From the sequence record DRR378314_251: a stretch of 64,000 nt of DNA. The stretch is one strand, 5' to 3'. Positions 18,561-28,781 of this stretch are shown piece after piece. Each line of letters opens with the position of its first letter. Position 1 is the first letter of the stretch. Below the pieces are notes generated by a model that had not been told where the DNA came from, searched no databases, and saw nothing but the letters and a program-made list of their open reading frames with translations. A program made the position numbers and the translations under genes.

Positions 18561-21155
18561 TTAGCCATCATCCTGGTCTTCAACAGGTTCAGCCGGGGGA
18601 TCCTGCGGGCCAGATGCTTCGACAAAATCGATCATCCGGTCCCAGACATCCCGGATATTGGCCGGGCTGGATATGCCATGCCCCTCTCCGGCATACCAGA
18701 CATATCGGACGGGACGACCAAACCGGGCGAGCGCCGCATACATCTGGTCGAACTGGGATTTGGGAAACACATCCATGTCGGTATGGATCAGCAGGACGGG
18801 CAAGGTGATCTGCTCTGCCTTCAGGACCGGACTGTTGCGTTGATAGAGCTCGGGCGCCGCAAACAGGGTCGCTCCGATGCCGAAATCGCTGCCGGCCCCG
18901 GCCTCATAGCGCGGCATGTTTCCCCCCAGCATCTCGGGATTGAGATCGGTATAGATGCCGGGCGGTCCGAGATAATGGCTGGGCAGGTCACTCCAGCCAT
19001 TCTGGGCGATCAGTCCGGCAAATCCCGACGCCTCACTTGCGACGTGCAGCGCGGCCACCGCGCCCTGGCTCACACCCAGCAGGATCATCCGGTCCGGATC
19101 GATCAGGCCACTTTCGACAAGCGCCTCCCGGCTGGCGGCGACCAGGCCCGGCAGGCCTGCAATCGGTCCCGCCTCCCGTCGGATCAGCTCCCGCGGCGCC
19201 GACAGGCGGGCATAGGCATAGCCGCGCGCCGCCCACAGATACGGGCTCTGCGGATCGGGATAGGACAGGACAGGCTGTCGCGGGTCGCAATTCGGGCGCG
19301 CGCCCGGATAGATATCGAGCAGGACGGGCGGCGCCGCGCCGGTCCGGGCCGCCGCCGGAGGCATCAGCACACAGGCATGAAGATCATGAACAATCCCCGG
19401 CCGGTCGGGGTCTTCCCATCCAACCTCAACCCGTTCCCAGCGGCCCCAATCGACCTGGCGAAGATGCGCGTTCAGGACAAGCCGGGGATCGGGGGCGTCG
19501 CCGGGAGGCTGCACAATGAGCGTTTGGGTCGCCGCATCGGCATCGAGATAGACAAGCGTGCCGGACCGGGACCCCGCTGCATCCTGAACGGCGAGCAGAC
19601 GCGCCCCGCCCGGTATGCCTCTCCCCTCCACCAGGCCGGCAGACTCCGATGCGGCGGCCGCAGCGCGCAGCACGATCCGTGCGCCGTCCCGGTCCGCCTC
19701 GATCGGCGGCATGGCCATCCGCGCCGCCGGCAGGCTTCCAGGCCAGGCCAGGAAGCCTGAGGCATGATGTACCCGGATCCGGTCCAGACCGTCCGGGGTC
19801 AGGCGGATGGCAGGCCGTTCCGGATGGATCCTGTAGATGCCGTCCCGCGCGACCACATCCAGGCCCGCTGCCCCAATCCGTGCGGGCAAGGCTGTGACGG
19901 AGACAAGATCCCGGGTCAGGATCCGAGGCGGAGAGCCCGGACGCAGAAAATACCAGTCCGGCCGCGCCAGCCCGGCTGAGGCAATGTCCCGATAGGTGAA
20001 CCGGGCCGACCGGTCCGCTGGGTCTGCATTGGGGCGGGCAAAGACCGCCACCCCATCCGAAAGCGCATAGGCCCGCTCGGGCCGCTGCAGCAGGCCACGT
20101 TCGCGTTCCGAAACGAGATCCAGCCCGCCATGCGAGAGCATCCGGGCCGTTCCGGTTTGCGCATCGATCCGCCAGTGCCGCCCCTCCGAAACAAACGCGC
20201 CGACCTCGGTGGCGAACACGGTAAGCGCCGCTTCGGTCGGCGACCAGATCGCTCCGGCGGACACAATGTCGAGGTCGGGCAGCGGTGACGAAACCTCCTC
20301 TGTATCAAGATCGATGAGGTGCAGGATGTGTCGCACCGAATCGAGACGGGCCGGATCCCGCGAGGCCGCCCGGGGCATGCGGATGCCAACAAGTGCGGCA
20401 AGCGTGCGGCCATCGGGTGACAGGGAGAGATAGGCATGACGCCCATCTGCCAGTTTCCGGACCTGTCCGGTGCGGGCATCGACGCGGATCAGCGCGCCCG
20501 CGACCGGCATGGGCCCTTCATCATTGCGAATTTCCGTGGCTGTGACCTGATCTCCGCGCCAGGCCGCCTCCCAGGCCGCCCCCCGGGCGTGCCCCGTCGC
20601 CATGCGGAGGCTGGTTTCCATCGGCTGGGCACTGGGCGGCAAGGCCGCATAGACGAGGTCGTGATCCGAGATCCAGACCGGCTCATGCGCCGCGATCCGC
20701 GACAGGGCGGGGACAGGATCCGGACGCTGGATGCGGCCGGTCGCCAGATCCAGGATCAGGAGGGATGTTTGCCCGGCCCGGACTTCGATCACACTCAGAT
20801 ATCGTCCGTCCGGAGACAGGGTCTGGAGAAAATTGTGCGCGGCCGGATCCAGTCCCGGCAACCGCTCCGGCGGCGCGTCAGATGTTAGATCCAGCCGCCA
20901 GATATCATGACCGCTTTTTCCGAAGGCATGATTTGCAAATCCGTAATCGGGATAGGTGTCATAGGGACGAATATATTCGAACAGGAGCCAGCGTCCTGAC
21001 TGATCGGCCAGCGCGCGGCCGATGCCGTCCATCTGCAGGATATCTGACAGGGTCAGGAGGCGTGTCTCATCCGCCTCCGGACGGTCCGCCGCGGCCGGGC
21101 CGGATTGGAGTGCGCAGAAACAGATCAGGAGCATGATGCCGAATTTCGTCCACAT
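18561..21155 (-). CDS. Lasso peptide isopeptidase (S9 prolyl-oligopeptidase family, AtxE2-like)
   Basis: Signal peptide after RBS AAAGGAGA (ATG 21155), beta-propeller region, then GVSQG nucleophile, HTDMD and GEGHG. Convergent with and abutting the lasso C gene. Confidence 0.85.
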   Translation of the reverse strand: MWTKFGIMLLICFCALQSGPAAADRPEADETRLLTLSDILQMDGIGRALADQSGRWLLFEYIRPYDTYPDYGFANHAFGKSGHDIWRLDLTSDAPPERLPGLDPAAHNFLQTLSPDGRYLSVIEVRAGQTSLLILDLATGRIQRPDPVPALSRIAAHEPVWISDHDLVYAALPPSAQPMETSLRMATGHARGAAWEAAWRGDQVTATEIRNDEGPMPVAGALIRVDARTGQVRKLADGRHAYLSLSPDGRTLAALVGIRMPRAASRDPARLDSVRHILHLIDLDTEEVSSPLPDLDIVSAGAIWSPTEAALTVFATEVGAFVSEGRHWRIDAQTGTARMLSHGGLDLVSERERGLLQRPERAYALSDGVAVFARPNADPADRSARFTYRDIASAGLARPDWYFLRPGSPPRILTRDLVSVTALPARIGAAGLDVVARDGIYRIHPERPAIRLTPDGLDRIRVHHASGFLAWPGSLPAARMAMPPIEADRDGARIVLRAAAAASESAGLVEGRGIPGGARLLAVQDAAGSRSGTLVYLDADAATQTLIVQPPGDAPDPRLVLNAHLRQVDWGRWERVEVGWEDPDRPGIVHDLHACVLMPPAAARTGAAPPVLLDIYPGARPNCDPRQPVLSYPDPQSPYLWAARGYAYARLSAPRELIRREAGPIAGLPGLVAASREALVESGLIDPDRMILLGVSQGAVAALHVASEASGFAGLIAQNGWSDLPSHYLGPPGIYTDLNPEMLGGNMPRYEAGAGSDFGIGATLFAAPELYQRNSPVLKAEQITLPVLLIHTDMDVFPKSQFDQMYAALARFGRPVRYVWYAGEGHGISSPANIRDVWDRMIDFVEASGPQDPPAEPVEDQDDG

Positions 21156-21201
21156 GGGACGGTCTCCTTTCGAAATGAGCAGGATGGGGCGGGGAAAGAT
21201 C

Positions 21202-21246
21202 GGGATCGGAGCCCGGACCAGGCGGGCCGGCACAGGCTCCGATCCC
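21202..21246 (-). terminator. Hairpin between the TonB transducer and the isopeptidase
   Basis: GGGATCGGAGCC...GGCTCCGATCCC, a 12-bp perfect stem just after the receptor stop. No U-tract, so it may be a stabilising stem. Confidence 0.5.
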
Positions 21247-21254
21247 TCGGCTGG

Positions 21255-24002
21255 CTAGAAGGATGAGCGAACTTCCAATCCGACATACCGTTCTAGGGGG
21301 GACGCATTTGTCGGATCATAGCCAGCCAGGCCATAGACACCGTCCGACGGCGTCGCCGGCGGCGGCGCGTCGAACAGATTCAGGATGGAAAGATTGAGCT
21401 CGGTGGATTTGAGCCAGGATCCGGCGCCAGTCCCCAAGCGCCGCGACAGGGTGAGATCCGTCGTCGTCCAGGCATCGATCCCGGCGGCCGCCTCGGTCAG
21501 ATTCACGCGATAGGAATCGGCATGATTGACGGTCAGGGCGGCCTGCCAGTTCCCCGATTGCCAGCCAAGCTGCCCCCTCACCTGCAAATCGACCGGGTTC
21601 AGATAGGTATCGAGCGTGCTCACGGCCGGGGTCGACACCGAGGCCTGCTGGGTGAAGTCGAGAATATGGTTCAGATTGAGCCCGGCCGAGATGTCCCCCC
21701 AATCGGTCCGGGTGCGGTAGTCAATCTGGAGATCCAGGCCCCGTGTTTCTGTCCGGGCGAGATTGCGCACCACATTCACATTGTTGATGATGCCGACCGT
21801 GTCGAGGCTGGACCCCATGAAGATCCCGACGGGCCGCTGGAAACTGGCCACCAGCCGGTCGATCTCGGCGCGGTCCGGATAGAAGATCACGCTTCCCTCA
21901 GGAAAGGCGGACGGATCATTCCAGGCAATGCCGGGCGCCTGAAAATCCAGCAATCCGCCCGGCACCGGCGTTGTGCCAAGCCGGTCCTCGAAGGCAATAT
22001 CATACCAGGACCCGCTGATACGCCAGTCATGCCGGCCGCGCTGGATGTCGGCGTCGAAACCGGCCGTGAAGGTCCGGCTGGTTTCCGGCTCCAGATCGCC
22101 CGATGTGCCGAGAACCTGGAGATAATCGAGGTCGGCCAGGCCGGGATCGGGCGCATCGAGTCCGAACAGGTCGAGCAGGAATTGATAGGGAAAGACCTGG
22201 CCTGTCCGGCTGGTCGAGAATGCCCGGCCGAGCGCGGGCGGCGCAAAGGATTCGCTCCAGGAGGCTCTCAATTTCACCCCGTCTGCCGGCTGCCAGAGCA
22301 GGCCGATTTTCGGCGTGGCACTGCGACCATAATCGGAATACTCATCCACACGGCCCGACAGGTTGAGATCAAGGCGCTGCAGGCCCGGCCGGGCGATCTC
22401 GCCCCCGACCAGCGGGACCTGGATTTCCCCGAACACGGCCGACACGTCACGCCGCCCTTCCGCGCTGACCCGGTCGCCAAGGATTTCGTTCGAGAACGCC
22501 TCCTCGCGATATTGCGTTCCGAGGGCGAGCCTGACCGGACCGGACGGCAGTCGGATCAAATCGCCGCTCAGCACGCCTTCGACCGCCCAGACTGTGGAGC
22601 CCGTCGCGATCCGCATGTCGGACAGGGCCAGATCATCCGACCTGAACACTTCCCGTCGCCGATCGCGATTGTCCAGTTCACTATAGGTCGCCTTGAGCGT
22701 GATCAGCCAGGTCTTCGCCAAGTCCCAGTCCGCTCCGAGGGCGAGACTTGTGCTGCGCGACCGACTGCCGGAGTCTTCCACCGTGCCCGTCCGTCCGAAT
22801 TGCGACCGGTCCGTCGTGCGTTCCGAATGCAACAGGCTGGCATCCAGGCTGATCCGGGAGGTCAGGTCCTGACCGCCGGACAGGACCAGGCTGTGCCGTG
22901 TCTGGTCAGGCAGGAGATCGAACAGGGCCGGATCCGGCAGGCTCATATCGGGGCTGGAGGCATCGAACAGGCTGATGCCCGGACGATCAGCCAGGGTCAG
23001 ATGTGTGCGGTCGAAGTATTCATAAACGCCGAGCACATGTCCGGACTGCCAGCTCTCGCCGAGCGTCTGGCTGAACCTCAGATCCCGCAAGCCGCCGGAC
23101 GTCACCGCGCCATAGCGCAGGGCCGTCTCCGCGCCCTCGAAATCCTTCCGGAGAATGAAATTGATCACCCCCGCCACGGCATCTCCCCCATAAATCGACG
23201 AGGCGCCATCGGTCAGAACCTCTACCCGGTCGAGTGCCGAAACCGGGATCAGGGACAGGTCGACAAAATCCCCGATCTCGGAGGTCGGTGCCAGCCGGGT
23301 CCCGTTGAGCAGGACGAGCGTGCCGCGTGAGCCCAGCCCCCTCAGATTTGCGCTGGCCCCGGACGTGTTGTTGGCCCGGGAATTTGCATCATTCGGCAGA
23401 CCGACAGCGGTGAACTCGCTCGACCCTCCCCCGAAATTCTGAGGCAGGGCACGGACGAACTGGTCGAGCGTGCTTGCGCCGGAGCCAAGCACATCGTCCC
23501 GGTCATAGATCTGGAGCGGAGACGTCTCGGGGGCGAGACCGCGCAAGCTGGTCCCGGTCACGACAATCCGCTCCGCAATGAGCTGATCCTCTTCCGAGGA
23601 AGCTAGGACCGGATCCAGGACGGACCGGGTTTCGACCTGCGGCAGATCCTCCGGCATGGGGGCGCTGGAAACACCAGACTCCCGGCGCACCCGGATCACA
23701 TAGGTCTGCGCCCCGGTCTCAACGGCTTCCAGGCCGGTTCCTTCCAGTAGGCCAGCCAGGGCCACATCCATGTCTGACGTCACAATGGCACGTCCCGCCA
23801 CATGTCCGGAGACATCCTCCTCCCTGTACAGAATGGATTGGCCGGACCGGTCGGCGAGGTCCCGCAGGCGCTCGTCAAGCGGTGCAGGTGTATCCTGCTC
23901 TGCTGGCTCAGCCATCTGGGCATGGACCGGCGCTGCCAGACCGAATGCCAGCGCGATGGACAGTCTGACAGGCAGACTGATCGATCGTCCGGGGATGCTC
24001 AT
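21255..24002 (-). CDS. TonB-dependent receptor with N-terminal signalling (STN) extension, lasso-associated
   Basis: Signal peptide (APVHAQ), STN-like LDERLRDLADRSGQSILY...ALAGLLEGTGL, IVVTGT, RVEVLTDGASSIYGGDAVAGVINFI, terminal Phe. RBS GGGAG precedes ATG 24002. Confidence 0.9.
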   Translation of the reverse strand: MSIPGRSISLPVRLSIALAFGLAAPVHAQMAEPAEQDTPAPLDERLRDLADRSGQSILYREEDVSGHVAGRAIVTSDMDVALAGLLEGTGLEAVETGAQTYVIRVRRESGVSSAPMPEDLPQVETRSVLDPVLASSEEDQLIAERIVVTGTSLRGLAPETSPLQIYDRDDVLGSGASTLDQFVRALPQNFGGGSSEFTAVGLPNDANSRANNTSGASANLRGLGSRGTLVLLNGTRLAPTSEIGDFVDLSLIPVSALDRVEVLTDGASSIYGGDAVAGVINFILRKDFEGAETALRYGAVTSGGLRDLRFSQTLGESWQSGHVLGVYEYFDRTHLTLADRPGISLFDASSPDMSLPDPALFDLLPDQTRHSLVLSGGQDLTSRISLDASLLHSERTTDRSQFGRTGTVEDSGSRSRSTSLALGADWDLAKTWLITLKATYSELDNRDRRREVFRSDDLALSDMRIATGSTVWAVEGVLSGDLIRLPSGPVRLALGTQYREEAFSNEILGDRVSAEGRRDVSAVFGEIQVPLVGGEIARPGLQRLDLNLSGRVDEYSDYGRSATPKIGLLWQPADGVKLRASWSESFAPPALGRAFSTSRTGQVFPYQFLLDLFGLDAPDPGLADLDYLQVLGTSGDLEPETSRTFTAGFDADIQRGRHDWRISGSWYDIAFEDRLGTTPVPGGLLDFQAPGIAWNDPSAFPEGSVIFYPDRAEIDRLVASFQRPVGIFMGSSLDTVGIINNVNVVRNLARTETRGLDLQIDYRTRTDWGDISAGLNLNHILDFTQQASVSTPAVSTLDTYLNPVDLQVRGQLGWQSGNWQAALTVNHADSYRVNLTEAAAGIDAWTTTDLTLSRRLGTGAGSWLKSTELNLSILNLFDAPPPATPSDGVYGLAGYDPTNASPLERYVGLEVRSSF

Positions 24003-24213
24003 ACAGCTCCCTGAACGCATTATTTTCCTGAGTGTCACAAATTCCCTCCAGCTCCATTCGAGCCACCCCGCGCGGCCCGTTACCCGGAACAACAGTGCAC
24101 ACGCCTGGAGGGACAAATATTTGTCTATGGTGCGAGCAAGCCCACCTCAGAGCGACAGGGAATCGCTGCATCAAGATGCGGCTTCAAAAGCAACACAAAC
24201 GCAATTCCCGCAG

Positions 24214-24831
24214 TCAGCCGAGCCGCCAGATGTCTCCGGAACTTTCATCGCGCACAAGGACGATGGCCTACCCGTCAAAATGATAGGCGAGATGGCGGCC
24301 CTGGACCGGAACGCCGATCACGTCCAGCCAGAAGGCTGCCAGGCATTCTCCGGCCGGGTCGCGGACGTTCGGATAGACCAGCCCATTGGATCCGCTGGCG
24401 CGAAGCTGTTGTGCGAGGCTTTGGGACACCACATATTGATCGGGATCCAGACAGTCTCCGTAGGCATCGCTTCTGCGCAGATCGTGCAGCCGCGCGTCAA
24501 CTGATCCGACCAGTTCGCGCATCTGGGAAAGCCATCCCGGCGCCTCCTGTGTTGCGCCGTAGAATTTCCCCTTGTGATACGCCGTTTCGGCGACCGCCGT
24601 GTCAAACCGGTTGGCCGCATAATACGCGCCAAAGGTCCCGTCATGAAACCGGCCCGGACGATCCGGGCTGACATGCACAAAGGGCGCCATGACATGGCTG
24701 GCACCGGGCCCGGACATCCGACGTTCCGGGGGAACAAGATCGAGTTGCCCGACATGTTCCGCCATGCGGGGATTTGTCTTCGCCTCGGCCAAGGCAATCA
24801 GGTCCCAGTCGCGCGGATCGGCAATAATTCG
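24214..24831 (-). pseudogene. RES-domain (NAD+ phosphorylase-type) toxin gene, 5'-truncated with a premature stop
   Basis: IADPRDWDLIALAEAKTNPR...GRFHDGTFGAYYAA...AVAETAYH. No start codon upstream (in-frame TGA at 24832-24834). TAG at 24268 is followed by a plausible natural tail, AIVLVRDESSGDIWRLG*. Confidence 0.75.
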
Positions 24832-25277
24832 TCATACTAGCGCCACATGGCAATCCACAGTCTTGCCCCTCGCACCGCCCGCGGTACGCGTACACGCTGC
24901 GTCACCGATGAACTTCTGCAGAGACGAGGAAGGTTCAATGCGAAAATTGAGAGCAGGTCAAAAACCGCCAGACCAACAAAACTGGTGGACCACCTCGGTG
25001 AGACAGAGCAATAGATTGGCCTGGTAGGGCCACTCTTACGCCGAAGGCTTAGCGTACCGCTCTCACCCGCCTTGAAGATATACGAGACCAGACCCCGGGC
25101 TCGCAGCATTGCAGGATAACCCACGATTTCCGACCGGCTTCATTTCCACATCAATTCGGATCTGTCGGTGAGCGACCTCATGCTCAAAGAGCTCGCCAAG
25201 ATTGAACCAGGCTCAGGCGAATCCAAATCTTCCGGATCCTTTCGACCCGGCCGGATAGGTAAGCAAACCTCAAACGA

Positions 25278-26147
25278 CTATTTCGTCGTGATGTGCCTTA
25301 AAAACTCATCTCCGATCAAATATGGATCTCGGTTCGTGTGGAAAAATTCAGTAACCACAGCTACGCTGGCCGGTGAGCGCAGGACCCGCGTCTCGCCACC
25401 CCGTTCTCCTGTTTCAGATTTGCCTAAATTTGCTGCGGCATTTGGCGAGAAATCATAAATTCTGAGCCATGCGAATGATCGGACCGAGTAGGAATCAGAG
25501 GCCTCAAGGTCGCATATGCTCGACAAATACGACCCTTTTGGCGCTCTCTCGAGAGACTGCGCGCAATCGTCCAATTCTTCATGTCCTTTGAGCAAGATTG
25601 CATCAACCTGCTCCGGAGATAACTTCGCAAGCTGATGGCCTTTCGCAGAAATTCGGTACTCAGCCAGCAGATGATCAGGATCATGATGCACTAGATTGAA
25701 CTGAGAAGGCTGAGGTTTGGTGTCTAACGCCACCATTACTTGCGTCGCTTCATACTCAGCGAACATCTTTCTGCACTGGCCCATATCGAGAACATATAGA
25801 AAGCTTTTATGCCGCGGTCTGTCCGACAGTTGTGAGGCGAGCACGAGCCCCACCGTTCTGCCATCGCTCCATGATGCCAGCTCAAGCGTTTCCGGAATTA
25901 CCATATGAGTGGGGTCCCCCCAGAGTTCGCGGGTTTCACCTTGTATTTTGACCAAACACGCTCGATACCGGTCCACCTCTGCGCTAGACGCGCCGACTGG
26001 AGCAATCCAGTCAGACGCATCAACACGGGCAATCCAGGCACGAATATCCGTCGCAGACTGGGGCGTACGCTCAGCGTCGAACACGCCTAGCCGAACTACC
26101 TCTTCGTGGAAGCTGACAGCGTCACCGGCATCCGCAGCCTCGTTCAT
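25278..26147 (-). CDS. Hypothetical protein (289 aa)
   Basis: Long ORF with protein-like composition; no motif recognised. Confidence 0.55.
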   Translation of the reverse strand: MNEAADAGDAVSFHEEVVRLGVFDAERTPQSATDIRAWIARVDASDWIAPVGASSAEVDRYRACLVKIQGETRELWGDPTHMVIPETLELASWSDGRTVGLVLASQLSDRPRHKSFLYVLDMGQCRKMFAEYEATQVMVALDTKPQPSQFNLVHHDPDHLLAEYRISAKGHQLAKLSPEQVDAILLKGHEELDDCAQSLERAPKGSYLSSICDLEASDSYSVRSFAWLRIYDFSPNAAANLGKSETGERGGETRVLRSPASVAVVTEFFHTNRDPYLIGDEFLRHITTK

Positions 26148-26345
26148 AATCGATGCGCTCGATTTGTTTGTAGAGGTCTCTCCGCAAGCAATCAGAGCGA
26201 TGGAAAAAAATTAATGCAAGATAGTGACGGTCCACCCCAAATCTCTTCCTATAGTTTATTTGCCAAAGTCGCTTTGGTTCGAACCCTACCCGATGAGAGA
26301 GGTTCAAATTGACGAAACTGCCGAACAGGCACCCTCTCTTCGCGC

Positions 26346-26939
26346 TCAGTCTTGGTGCTGGAACGTTGGGTCAGATCGTGACCAGGTCTTGCAGGCACCG
26401 CGAAGTGGAACAAATGAGGTGTCAGGCTCGGCATCGCCTGCCGCGACCCGGCAAAGCTCTACGCGTACAGAGCTGCCTGTGCTGGACACCGTAACGGAAT
26501 GACTCCGCTCGAAGCAGTCAGACAGCTCAATCCAGCCATCGCGCAACAATGCAGCGGATGAAGGTTTGGACTTTACCTCGCTGCCAAAATCATAAGCGAC
26601 CGGTTTGCCATCAACCAGAACACGGACTTGAGCTCCGGCGCGGGCCCCGCAATAGCCCTTTCCATCAACAAGGTCGCGTCCCTCAACGGTTATCAAATGG
26701 CCGGGAAGCTCACATGAGTACGGCCTTGCCTTGAGCTCGCTTGGCGAATGCGTATCGGGAACATCCGGCACGCCTCGCTCTGGCGCAATGCCGTCCGGAT
26801 AGGATTGCCTGGATGAGAGCTCGAAATAGCCAGCGCCAGGATAGCAGGTGATAAGCGCCGTCCCCTCGCGCCAGGGATCTGCCTGCGCGATGGGTGTGAG
26901 TAAAAAGATTACCAACAGGATTAGGTGGCTACGGATCAT
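26346..26939 (-). CDS. Secreted hypothetical protein (197 aa, Cys-containing)
   Basis: Signal peptide MIRSHLILLVIFLLTPIAQA, RBS GGGAG, six Cys. Confidence 0.65.
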   Translation of the reverse strand: MIRSHLILLVIFLLTPIAQADPWREGTALITCYPGAGYFELSSRQSYPDGIAPERGVPDVPDTHSPSELKARPYSCELPGHLITVEGRDLVDGKGYCGARAGAQVRVLVDGKPVAYDFGSEVKSKPSSAALLRDGWIELSDCFERSHSVTVSSTGSSVRVELCRVAAGDAEPDTSFVPLRGACKTWSRSDPTFQHQD

Positions 26940-27129
26940 TCTGGAGCTCCCGAGATTGAACCACCCAAGTTTACAGAACGTTCAATTAATAATTGTTTTG
27001 CGCTGTGAGAGAAATCTCGTAGCGAAATCAACCAAACAAGTATGACCACTCAAAAGTGCTAAGGCTGCTAACTTTTCACCCGGCACCTCCGCACCCCAAG
27101 TTGCTACGGTCCACGAGGTAAGCAAAGGC

Positions 27130-27392
27130 ATGCAAATCGAATTCGTGACGACACCTGAACACGAAGGAAAGTCTGGAACTTCATTCTGCAGATAGAGGAA
27201 GGTGGAGTTTACAGCAGCTCCATGTATGCAGACTCCGTTGGCATCCCAACAATCGGCGCAGGCTTCAATCTTCGGGTGTGGCTGGACGATCTTCTGGAAG
27301 CGTTCGGTTTCAAATTGGCCGACCCAAACCAAGTGGCCCTTAGAAATAACATGGCGACCATATTCAACGCGGCCGGGCCATGTCGGGCATGA
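27130..27392 (+). pseudogene. Frameshifted fragment of a GH24/T4-like lysozyme domain
   Basis: MQIEFVTTPE, then a frameshift near 27160 into RRKVWNFILQIEEGGVYSSSMYADSVGIPTIGAGFNL, matching the E-G-x(n)-Y-x-D-x-x-G-x-x-T-I-G-x-G lysozyme motif. Confidence 0.65.
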
Positions 27393-27500
27393 TCTTCGGA
27401 GTAGCTCCGACCTTTGAAAAGATAATCTACGATATTATTGATCTGGAGACGGCTTTGAATGCTCCGACGAAAGGGGCTGAAGATAGCGATGAATAGGAAC

Positions 27501-27746
27501 ATGGCTTAAAAGACAAAGGGCCCGAAGCCGCGCCGAATTCCAAGGCCAACATCCAAGGCGGACAACGCTATGTCCTGGGCTGGATCCAATGCAGGGCGGG
27601 CTTTCATTACCCGGATGCCATGTCCGATTGTTTTGCGGTGGAAATATGGGCTGGTCAGCGAGCGCCCCCCCATCATGATCCTGGAGGGTGGTGACGACAT
27701 TGAGGTGCGTGGCGAAGAGACGAGCTTTGTCCAGGTCAAGAGCCGG
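27501..27746 (+). pseudogene. Decayed N-terminal fragment of a Cap4/DUF4297-like dsDNA nuclease
   Basis: ATG 27501 after AGGA, in-frame TAA at codon 3. With two frameshifts it reads AGSNAGR-GFHYPDAMS...VEIWAG...EGGDDIEV...FVQVKSR (PD-(D/E)xK variant DD...QVK). Confidence 0.55.
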
Positions 27747-27800
27747 CCGCAATATCCACCTCGAAGCCAATCTGGATATTCTGCCTTGTCTGTCCGGGCT

Positions 27801-28766
27801 TCAGTCGGGCGTCGAACCGGGGGCGGGGTCAGAGAACGTGATTCGCCCCTCCTCAGTCTGTACGCCGACGCTCAGATAGAGCGCAAGCGCATCGGCGAAC
27901 GCTTCCGGCTCGCCAGCGGCAAACACGCCGCTGATGCGTTCGTCTGCGAGCTCGGCGTCGTCGAGGACGATCTGAGTTGTGGAATAGCGGTTCATTTCGG
28001 CGATCGCTTCAGCAAGAGGCGCATTGTCGAAATGAAGTTGCCCGGTTTGCCACTGGCCAATCGTGTCGGGATCTATATCCGAGACAATCGGGGCAATTCC
28101 GGGAGGCGCCACGGCCTGCTGGCCGGGCGAAAGGGTGACCGGCGCTTCTGACCCGGCCTGGACGCTGACGCCGCCCTCGACCAGGGCGATGCGGACCGCG
28201 TCAGGTCTCACCCAGATGTCAAAGACCGTGCCATGGGCGATCGTGCCGGTATGGCCTGCCCTGACCTCGAACGGCCTCGGATCCGATGCCACGTCGAACA
28301 GCGCCTGCCCCCGCACCAGGGATACCCGACGGAACGTGTCAGAATAGATGATAGTGAGCTGTGTGTCCGTGTTCAGATGAATGCGGCTGCCATCGGCAAG
28401 CCGGATTTCCTCGCGCTCTCCTATTCCGGTCTGATGTTGCTCCGGGACCGGCAGCGCGGCCGGGCTGGCCAGCGCCGTGACCAGGAAAGTGACGAACATC
28501 GCTGCCGCGAGCGCCGCCGCGCCGAGGACCAGGACAGGGCGGCGGAAGGCTGAGACGCGTGGCGGCACCGAAGCGAGCGAGGATTTGTCCAGCAATCCCA
28601 TGACGCGCTCTATCTCGCGATAGGCCGCCGCATTGGCGGGGTCGGACGCCTCCCAGGCCCGGAACGCGTCCCAGGTATCGGAGGTGACCTCCGGCTCCTG
28701 CAGCTCGGCATGCCACCGGGCGGCGGCAAGTCGGCGCGCGCTGTCGCTGTCTGGATCGTTTGTCAT
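27801..28766 (-). CDS. FecR-family anti-sigma factor
   Basis: AAARWHAEL...W..DPANAAAY N-domain, one TM segment, TGIGEREEIRLADGSRIHLNTDT, WQTGQLHFDNAPLAEAIAEMNRY. Confidence 0.93.
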   Translation of the reverse strand: MTNDPDSDSARRLAAARWHAELQEPEVTSDTWDAFRAWEASDPANAAAYREIERVMGLLDKSSLASVPPRVSAFRRPVLVLGAAALAAAMFVTFLVTALASPAALPVPEQHQTGIGEREEIRLADGSRIHLNTDTQLTIIYSDTFRRVSLVRGQALFDVASDPRPFEVRAGHTGTIAHGTVFDIWVRPDAVRIALVEGGVSVQAGSEAPVTLSPGQQAVAPPGIAPIVSDIDPDTIGQWQTGQLHFDNAPLAEAIAEMNRYSTTQIVLDDAELADERISGVFAAGEPEAFADALALYLSVGVQTEEGRITFSDPAPGSTPD

Positions 28767-28781
28767 CGGCCCGGCCCCGTT

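Noticed and set aside
21522-23330. 602-aa plus-strand ORF and similar long antisense ORFs (e.g. 18678-19760, 14789-15676)
   Set aside because: Shadow frames of high-GC genes on the opposite strand, with no motifs.
27570-28151. 193-aa ORF as an intact gene
   Set aside because: It is a chimera of the decayed nuclease fragment and the antisense strand of fecR.
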